In this document: positions 55,526-64,000 of the stretch, piece after piece
How the letters are laid out: each line of letters opens with the position of its first letter
Numbering within the stretch: the first letter of the stretch is position 1
DNA from: Macrostomum lignano
Lineage: Eukaryota
Direction of reading: 5' to 3'
Assembly (NCBI GenBank): GCA_002269645.1
Contig: NIVC01000753.1
Span: 1 to 64,000, forward strand
Length of the DNA: 64,000 nt
The notes under the pieces: model-generated
What the model saw: only the letters and a program-made list of their open reading frames with translations
What the model was told of the DNA's origin: nothing
Databases searched by the model: none
Program-made: the position numbers and the translations under genes

Positions 55526-55561
<36 letters not shown>

Positions 55562-55564
55562 CAT

Positions 55565-55633
<69 letters not shown>

Positions 55634-55653
55634 CATCACTACTACTACTACTG

Positions 55654-55695
<42 letters not shown>

Positions 55696-55697
55696 TT
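55245..55697. repeat. (ACT)n trinucleotide microsatellite
   Basis: Directly visible; it explains the poly-Val ORF. Confidence 0.97.
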
Positions 55698-55879
55698 AAT
55701 ACGTGAGCGTACTACAAAAACGTCAATAAAATTCTTTAAAGCTATTTCAGTTTAAGTTTCTCTGCTTTTAAAAGAAAACCAAATGAAAAAAATTAAAAAA
55801 TATTTTTCATGCCACCGCTATTAGAAGCAGCAGCAGAAGACCCATAAAGACAGGCAACAACTTGCAATAGCTAGCTTTG

Positions 55880-58800
55880 ATGTGCGGTATTTTCGCGCTG
55901 TTGTGCGACAGCGAATGCCGCCACGGAGCTGACTGCCGACTGAGACAGGTAAGCTGCCTGCGTAGGACAACTCACAGTTTCACAAGCTCTTAGATTCACT
56001 CAGTCACACACTCACGTTATCATTCACTCAGTCACACACTCACGTTATCATTCACACAATCTCTCACAATCTCACTCATTCACACAATCTCTCACAATCT
56101 CACTCATTCACACAATCTCTCACAATCTCACTCATTCACACAATCTCTCACAATCTCACTCATTCACACAATCTCTCACAATCTCTGATTCACACAATCT
56201 CTCACTCTCACATTCACACAACTCTTACTCTCATTTACACAATCTCTCACACTCATTGACACAATCTCTCACTCATACATTCACACAATCTCTCAGTCTC
56301 ACATTCACACAATCTCTCACTCTCACATTCACACAATCTCTCACTCACTCATTCACACAATCTCTCAGTCTCTCATTCACACAATCTCTCACTCATACAT
56401 TCACATCTCTCACTCTCACATTCACACAATCTCTCACTCATACATTCACACAATCTCTCAGTCTTTCATTCACACAATCTCCCACACTCATTGACACAAT
56501 CTCTCATTCATACATTCACACAATCTCTCACTCTCACATTCACACAATCTCTCACTCACTCATTCACACAATCTCTCAGTCTCTCATTCACAAATCTCTC
56601 ACTCATACATTCACATCTCTCACTCTCACATTCACACAATCTCTCACTCATACATTCACACAATCTCTTACACTCATTGACACAATCTCTCACTCATACA
56701 TTCACACAATCTCTCACTCTCACATTCACACAATCTCTCACTCACTTATTCACACAATCTCTCAGTCTCTCATTCACACAATCTCTCACTCATACATTCA
56801 CATCTCTCACTCTCACATTCACACAATCTCTCACTCATACATTCACACAATCTCTCAGTCTTTCATTCACACAATCTCTCACACTCATTGACACAATCTC
56901 TCACTCATACATTCACATCTCTCACTCTCACATTCACACAATCTCTCACACTCATTGACACAATCTCTCACTCATACATTCACACAATCTCTCACTCTCA
57001 CATTCACAATCTCTCACTCACTCATTCACACAATCTCTTACTCTCTAATTCACATACTCATTCAGGCTGCTTCTCTCTATAAAATTGATGCTCAGAAGGC
57101 GGTTACTAGAGATTGCAGTGAGGCGGCAAGTGTGCTGCAATTGTAATTAACTCACTTGTCAATGTCAAAGCACGAGTGTCTCAGACTGTTATTATTCGAA
57201 TAAATTTGCCCTTGCTTATCGCTCCGCCGCCGCTGATTTCACAAAGTTAATAACTGTTGTTGTCTCTCGCCTTCAGCAGTTCTGGCCTATCATTACGCCT
57301 TTGCTAGACGCAGGCTATTTATCTGCTCATATTTACCTTTCTTATTGTGCGACATCCTAATTAGCGAGCAGTCGTGCTGTCCGTGTTTCACCGCCGATTT
57401 CACTCTTAACTTTTACTATTCTTTACGAATAACCAGATTGAGGATATTTGAAGGAATAGATTGGGGACATTTGAAGGAATAGATTGAGGACATTTGAAGG
57501 AAGAGATTGGGGACATTTGAAGGAATAGATTGGGGACATTTCAAAGGAATAGATTGGGGACATTTGAAGGAATAGATTGGGGAAATTTGAAGGAATAGAT
57601 TGGGGAAATTTGAAGGAATAGATTGGGGAAATTTGAAGGAATAGATTGGGGAAATTTGAAGGAATAGATTGGGAACATTTAAATGAATAGATTGGGGACA
57701 TTTGAAGGAATAGATTGGGGACATTTGAAGGAACAGATTGGTGACATTTGAAGGACCAGATTGGGGATATTTGAAGAACCAGATTGGGGATATTTGAAGG
57801 ACCAGATTGGAGATATTTGAAGGACCCGATTGGGGATTTTAGAAGGACCAGATTGTGGATTTTGGAAGGACCTGATTGGGGATATTTGAAAGACCAGATT
57901 GGGGATATTTGAAGGACCAGATTGGGGATATTTGAAGGACCAGATTGGGGATATTTGAAGGACCAGATTGGGGATATTTGAAGGACCCGATTGGGGATAT
58001 TTGAAGGACCAGATTGGGTATATTTGAAGGACCAGATTGGGGATATTTGAAGGACCAGATTGGGGATATTTGAAGGACCAGATTGGGGATATTTGAAGGA
58101 CCAGATTGGGGATATTTGAAGGACCAGATTGGGGATATTTGAAGGACCAGCAAGACAGCAGCAGGAGTTCATTGTGCTTCCCACGCTTAATTGTTTGCAC
58201 AAGTGAAAGTTAGAAAAGTTCATCCGGCTGAAATTGGCTTGCACTAAGAACGTCTGGTTCTCACGAAAACTGCTGAGATCAGCGCGCCCAAGATCTGCGA
58301 CATCGGTACTGCTGCAACACTGGTGGAGCCGCCAAATGACGCACAACGGCCGGGTCCGATCTCGCTGTTCACATGAAACTGGCATGCAGGCATCCAGACT
58401 TTCTTGCTATTGGGTTGCGCTAGAACTCTTTTGTGTCTTGGCAAACTATACATAGACGCCAATAAAAGTGCAGTACGCTATTATAAATATGTAGCAAATC
58501 GCGAGCAACTCAAATCACAACTTTCTACTAGCAAATTATCGGAGCTAAAGTCAAGCACAACAGGACCAGATTGGGGATTTTCGAAAGACCAGATTGGGGA
58601 TTTTGGAAGGACCAGATTGGGGATTTTCGAAGGACCAGATTGGGGATTTTGGAAGGACCAGATTGGGGATTTTGGAAGGACCAGATTGGGGATTTTCGAA
58701 GGACCAGATTGGGGATTTTGGAAGGACCAGATTGGGGATTTTGGAAGGACCAGATTGGGGATTTTGGAAGGACCAGATTGGGGATTTTGGAAGGACCAGA

Positions 58801-60559
58801 TTGGGGATTTTGGAAGGACCAGATTGGGGATTTTGGAAGGACCAGATTGGGGATTTTGGAAGGACCAGATTGGGGATTTTGGATGGACCCGATTGGGGAT
58901 TTTGGAAGGACCAGATTGGGGATTTTGGAAGGACCAGATTGGGGATTTTGGAAGGACCAGATTGGGGATTTTGGAAAGACCAGATTGGGGATTTTGGAAG
59001 GACCAGATTGGGGATTTTGGAAGGACCCGATTGTGTTCAATGCAACGCCAACAACCCATCGCCTCTCCAAAGCTGGACCTGTCCCAGCAGCTGTGGTGCC
59101 ACCGCGGCCCCGACGGCCTGGCCAGTCTGGCGGTGGACCAGCGGCTGCTTCTGGCCGGATGCGTGCTGCACCAGCGAGGCGATCGGGCGCGACTGCAGCC
59201 GGTTGAACGACTGGACGGTGGCCGGCGCAGGGTGCTGCTCTGGAATGGGGAGCTGTTCTACTGCACGGACCCGAGGGTGAGCAACTGAAACCAAGGGAAT
59301 CCGCCCCCTCCCAAGTATCCAAAATCCGCCCCCAGGTGTCCCACATCCGCCCTCGAATATCCGGATATCCCAAATCCGCCCTCGAATATCCCAAATCCGC
59401 CCCATAAATTGCTCCTAAATCCGCCCCTTAAGAACCGTTCCCAAATCCGCCCCCAAGGAACCGCTCCGAAATCCGCCCCCAAAAAACCGCTCCTAAATCC
59501 GCCGCCCCCCCCAAATAACCGCTCCCAAATCCGCCGCCCCCCCAAATAACCGCTCCCAAATCCGCCCCCCAAATAACCGCTCCCAAATCCGCCCCCCCCA
59601 AATAACCGCTCCCAAGTCCACCCCCCAAATAACCGCTCCCAAATCCGCCCCCCAAATAACCGCTCCCAAATCCGCCCCCACCAAATAACCGCTCCCAAAT
59701 CCGCACCCCCAAATAACCGCTCCCAAATCCGCCCCCCCAAATAACCGCTCCCAAATCCGCCCCCCCCAAATAACCGCTCCCAAGTCCACCCCCCCAAATA
59801 ACCGCTCCCAAATCCGCCCCCCCCAAATAACCGCTCCCAAATCCGCCCCCCACCAAATAACCGCTCCCAAATCCGCCCCCCCCAAATAACCGCTCCGAAA
59901 TCCGCCCCCCCAAATAACCGCTCCCAAATCCGCCCCCCCCAAATAACCGCTCCGAAATCCGCCCCCCCCCAAATAACCGCTCCCAAATCCGCCCCCCCCC
60001 AAATAACCGCTCCCAAATCCGCCCCAAAGAACCACTCCCACATCCACCTCCCCCCCCCAAAGAACCGCTTCAAGCATCGGGCTGATGCTAATAAACCAGG
60101 CATAGCTATTATCGCGTCTTTTGGTACCCCCGAATAGCTCGACAAAGCTCTGGTGGTTTTTCAAAGTACTGAGCAAACTTTAGGAGAACTTTTTGAAAAA
60201 CAGGATCGGTTTTGATTTCATTTATTGGTTCTTTAATTTTCTGATCAAATATGCGTACGGCTCGTAGAGGGTGGCCTTTTAACTAAATTAGCCATGATAA
60301 TTAATTTTGGCGTCGTGAATATCCCTGCAGTGGCGGATCTAAAGAGGAGGGTAAAAAAAGAGGTCGGCTGATTCCCCTCCCCGGTGAGAAATCCCCTCCC
60401 TATCTTCATGGTTTGTGCAACCAAAAACCGCTGCAGGTGGACCTGGCTGGCAGCGACACGGAGGCTGTGAGCCGGCTGCTTCATCAGTGCCTCTCTCTGG
60501 ATGAGCTGCTGGTCGCGCTCGGCTGCCTGGGAGGGCCGCACGCGTTCTTCTACTATGCG
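55880..60559 (+). CDS. ASNSD1: Asparagine synthetase domain-containing protein 1, 5' partial; exons 55880-55948, 59073-59276 and 60437-60559; continues beyond the window
   Basis: The joined phase-0 exons read MCGIFALL...|LDLSQQLWCHRGPDG...AGCVLHQRGDRARLQPV...VLLWNGELF...|VDLAGSDTEAV...GGPHAFFYYA. This matches class II GATase/ASNSD1 motifs (MCGI, RGP, VLHxRG..QPV, LWNGE.F, DT, GPWSFIYY). Donors are GTAAGC, GTGAGC and GTAGGC. Confidence 0.92.
55990..57060. repeat. Degenerate C/A/T-rich ~20-24-bp repeat (CATTCACACAATCTCTCACT...) in ASNSD1 intron 1
   Basis: Directly visible. Confidence 0.9.
57430..59031. repeat. 23-bp minisatellite (GAAGGACCAGATTGGGGATWTTK)n in two blocks (57430-58150 and 58562-59031)
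   Basis: Visible 23-bp period with a 410-bp unique interruption. Confidence 0.93.
59300..60050. repeat. ~27-31-bp minisatellite (AAATCCGCCCCCCCAAATAACCGCTCCC)n in ASNSD1 intron 2
   Basis: Directly visible; the C-run length varies. Confidence 0.92.
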
Positions 60560-60579
60560 GTAGGCAGCGCAGGGAGCTT

Positions 60580-62250
60580 CCCTAGATTAGCAATCCAGTC
60601 TGTTCGTATATGCGTGATTGGCTAGATTAGCAATCCATTCAATTCCTGCAACTATCATTGGCTAGATTAGCAATCCATTCAATTCCTGCATCTATCATTG
60701 GCTAGATTAGCAATCCATTCTATTCTTGCAACTATCATTGGCTAGATTAGCAATCCATTCAATTCCTGCATCTATCATTGGCTAGATTAGCAATCCATTC
60801 TATTCCTGCATCTATCATTGGCTAGATTAGCAATCCATTCTATTCTTGCAACTATCATTGGCTAGATTAGCAATCCATTCAATTCCTGCAACTATCATTG
60901 GCTAGATTAGCAATCCATTCTATTCCTGCATCAATCATTGGCTAGATTAGCAATCCATTCTATTCTTGCATCTATCATTGGCTAGATTAGCAATCCATTC
61001 AATTCCTGCATCAATCATTGGCTAGATTAGCAATCCATTCAATTCCTGCATCAATCATTGGCTAGATTAGCAATCCATTCAATTCCTGCATCAATCATTG
61101 GCTAGATTAGCAATCCATTCTATTCTTGCATCAATCATAGGCTAGATTAGCAATCCATTCAATTCCTGCATCAATCATTGGCTAGATTAGCAATCCATTC
61201 TATTCTTGCATCAATCATAGGCTAGATTAGCAATCCATTCAATTCCTGCATCAATCATTGGCTAGATTAGCAATCCATTCAATTCCTGCATCAATCATTG
61301 GTTAGATTAGCAATCCATTCAATTCTTGCATCAATCATAGGCTAGATTAGCAATCCATTCAATTCCTGCATCAATCATTGGTTAGATTGGCAATCCATTC
61401 AATTCTTGCATCAATCATTGGCTAGATTAGCAATCCATTCAATTCCTGCATCAATCATAGGCTAGATTAGCAATCCATTCAATTCCTGCATCAATCATTG
61501 GTTAGATTGGCAATCCATTCAATTCTTGCATCAATCATTGGCTAGATTAGCAATCCATTCAATTCCTGCATCAATCATAGGCTAGATTAGCAATCCATTC
61601 AATTCCTGCATCAATCATAGGCTAGATTAGCAATCCATTCTATTCTTGCATCAATCATTGGCTAGATTAGCAATCCATTCAATTCTTGCATCAATCATAG
61701 GCTAGATTAGCAATCCATTCAATTCCTGCATCAATCATAGGCTAGATTAGCAATCCATTCAATTCCTGCATCAATCATTGGCTAGATTAGCAATCCATTC
61801 AATTCCTGCATCAATCATTGGTTAGATTGGCAATCCATTCAATTCTTGCATCAATCATTGGCTAGATTAGCAATCCATTCAATTCCTGCATCAATCATTG
61901 GCTAGATTAGCAATCCATTCAATTCCTGCATCAATCATAGGCTAGATTAGCAATCCATTCTATTCTTGCATCAATCATTGGCTAGATTAGCAATCCATTC
62001 AATTCTTGCATCAATCATAGGCTAGATTAGCAATCCATTCAATTCCTGCATCAATCATAGGCTAGATTAGCAATCCATTCAATTCCTGCATCAATCATTG
62101 GCTAGATTAGCAATCCATTCAATTCCTGCATCAATCATTGGCTAGATTAGCAATCCATTCTATTCCTGCATCAATCATTGGCTAGATTAGCAATCCATTC
62201 AATTCCTGCATCTATCATTGGCTAGATTAGCAATCCATTCTATTCTTGCA
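60580..62250. repeat. 40-bp minisatellite (TGGCTAGATTAGCAATCCATTCAATTCCTGCATCAATCAT)n, ~40 copies, in ASNSD1 intron 3
   Basis: Exact 40-bp period visible. Confidence 0.97.
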
Positions 62251-62859
62251 TCTATAGCCGATACGCCTACTTCTCTAGCCGTGATAGCCCAGACTAGACT
62301 GGCCATTAACTATCCCATCAATTACCTTTATATCTTGCAGCTTAGTTTCAAAATTGGCTTGTTTTTCGCTGTTTCTAGTTTAAAAGTACATTCAACCTCC
62401 TCCCCCAATTTTCTGTCAACTTACGTCATTTTAGCCGTCTGCGCCTGCACATCATTAAACTTTGATCATTAAGCTTATAGTGAGAGTCGTATAGCTTAGC
62501 GAAGCAGGTGTTGCAGCCATGTTTCATACGCGAAGTGCAAAGCAGCTGCTATCCCGCTGCTACATCCCGCTGTGTTCCTTTCTTGACTTGTTTTTTGCGC
62601 TTTTGTAGTTACTTTTATAATAGTAATGGCGTCTTGCTGCAACTCCTGGGCCCCTCAAAGACTGACAGCTTGTCTAGTGATCATAGAGCGGTAATTTTGC
62701 GCTCAGGGTTAGAATTAGGTCTCAAAATTGTGATTTTTATTACAGTGATTAATTTGGGTCTTAGCGATTTTCTTGAGATTTTCAGATTTGGGTCGTTGGA
62801 TCAAAGAATGATCTTGATTTAAACGCTGACTGAAATTTAAATCGTAGAGTGAGATTTGA

Positions 62860-64000
62860 TTTCAAAATGAGATTTTATCATAGGGTGAGATTATTGTCTC
62901 AGGGTGTGATTATTGTCTCAGGGTGAGATTCTGGTCTCAAGGTGAGATTCAATCTTAGGGTTGAATTCGTTTCTAGCATGAGATTCGATCTAAGAGTGAT
63001 TTTTTTATAAAGATTGTGATCTCAGGATGAGTTTCTAATTCCAGGCTCAAACTATGCTTCTAGCTAAGATTCTGATCTCAGGGTGAAACTCTGATTGTAG
63101 TGTGAGATTCTTATTCCGGGGTGAAATTTAGTCTCGGGTGAGATTCTCAGGGTTAGATTAAAATCTCAGAGTAAGATTCTGGTCTCGGGGTGAGATTTTG
63201 GTCTCAGGGTGAGATTCTGGTCTCAGGGTGAGATTCTGGTCTCAGGGTGAGATTCTGGTCTCAGGGTGAGATTCTGGTCTCAGGGTGAGATTCTGGTCTC
63301 AGGGTGAGATTCTGGTCTCAGTGTGAGATTCTGGTCTCAGGGTGAGATTCTGGTCTCAGGGTGAGATTCTGATTCTGGGGTGAAATTCTAGTCTCAGGGT
63401 GAGATTATAATCTCAGGGTAAGGTTATAGTCTCAGAGTAAGATTCTGGTCTCGGGGTGAGATTTTGGTCTCAGGGTGAGATTCTGGTCTCAGGGTGAGAT
63501 TCTGGTCTCAGGGTGAGATTCTGGTCTCAGGGTGAGATTCTGGTCTCAGGGTGAGATTCTGGTCTCAGGGTGAGATTCTGGTCTCAGGGTGAGATTCTGG
63601 TCTCAGGGTGAGATTCTGATCTCAGGGTGAGACTCTGATTGTAGTGTGAGATTCTTATTCCGGGGTGAAATTTAGTCTCGGGTGAGATTCTCAGGGTTAG
63701 ATTAAAATCTCAGAGTAAGATTCTGGTCTCGGGGTGAGATTTTGGTCTCAGGGTGAGATTCTGGTCTCAGGGTGAGATTCTGGTCTCAGGGTGAGATTCT
63801 GGTCTCAGGGTGAGATTCTGGTCTCAGGGTGAGATTCTGGTCTCAGGGTGAGATTCTGGTCTCAGGGTGAGATTCTGGTCTCAGTGTGAGATTCTGGTCT
63901 CAGGGTGAGATTCTGGTCTCAGGGTGAGATTCTGATTCTGGGGTGAAATTCTAGTCTCAGGGTGAGATTATAATCTCAGGGTAAGGTTATAGTCTCAGAG
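62860..64000. repeat. 19-bp minisatellite (CTCAGGGTGAGATTCTGGT)n with a higher-order duplication
   Basis: 19-bp period (63241 to 63260); variant blocks recur at +544 and +563 bp. Confidence 0.93.

Noticed and set aside
59073-60559. RhoGEF-PH-like reading of the 59-60 kb exons
   Set aside because: The MCGI first exon and HRGPD/LWNGE motifs identify ASNSD1 far better.
57430-62250. Regular 23-40-bp repeats that might suggest CRISPR arrays
   Set aside because: They are head-to-tail with no unique spacers, there are no cas genes, and the context is eukaryotic and intronic.

Overview
Eukaryotic (animal) genomic DNA with GC-rich exons and spliceosomal introns. Roughly a third of the window is micro/minisatellite. 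The style suggests a flatworm such as Macrostomum from a poorly polished long-read assembly; this is inference only, and it matters for the trans-splicing hypotheses below. Supported genes: (1) a 4-exon stonin/stoned-B endocytic adaptor (minus, ~2.1-10.0 kb) broken by about ten single-base frameshifts, with a large Tyr/Gly/Glu/Gln-repeat first exon and an acidic tail after the mu-homology domain; (2) an intronless atypical class A GPCR between inverted GACA arrays; (3) a 2-exon death-fold-like protein (minus); (4) a plus-strand cluster of LYRM1, GTF3C6 and the first three exons of ASNSD1. Other features: a tandem triplication of a ~3.7-4 kb GATA/minisatellite unit (15.2-26.9 kb), a decayed Mutator element with TIRs and a 9-bp TSD, a CCGG-flanked TIR element, tRNA-derived SINEs and over 15 tandem arrays. 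The most interesting signal is the LYRM1-GTF3C6-(micropeptide?)-ASNSD1 cluster. It looks like a trans-spliced operon in which GTF3C6, and possibly a 28-aa peptide, have no ATG of their own and begin in phase 0 at a splice acceptor, as expected if a flatworm spliced leader supplies the start codon. All similarity calls are by recall, not by database search.
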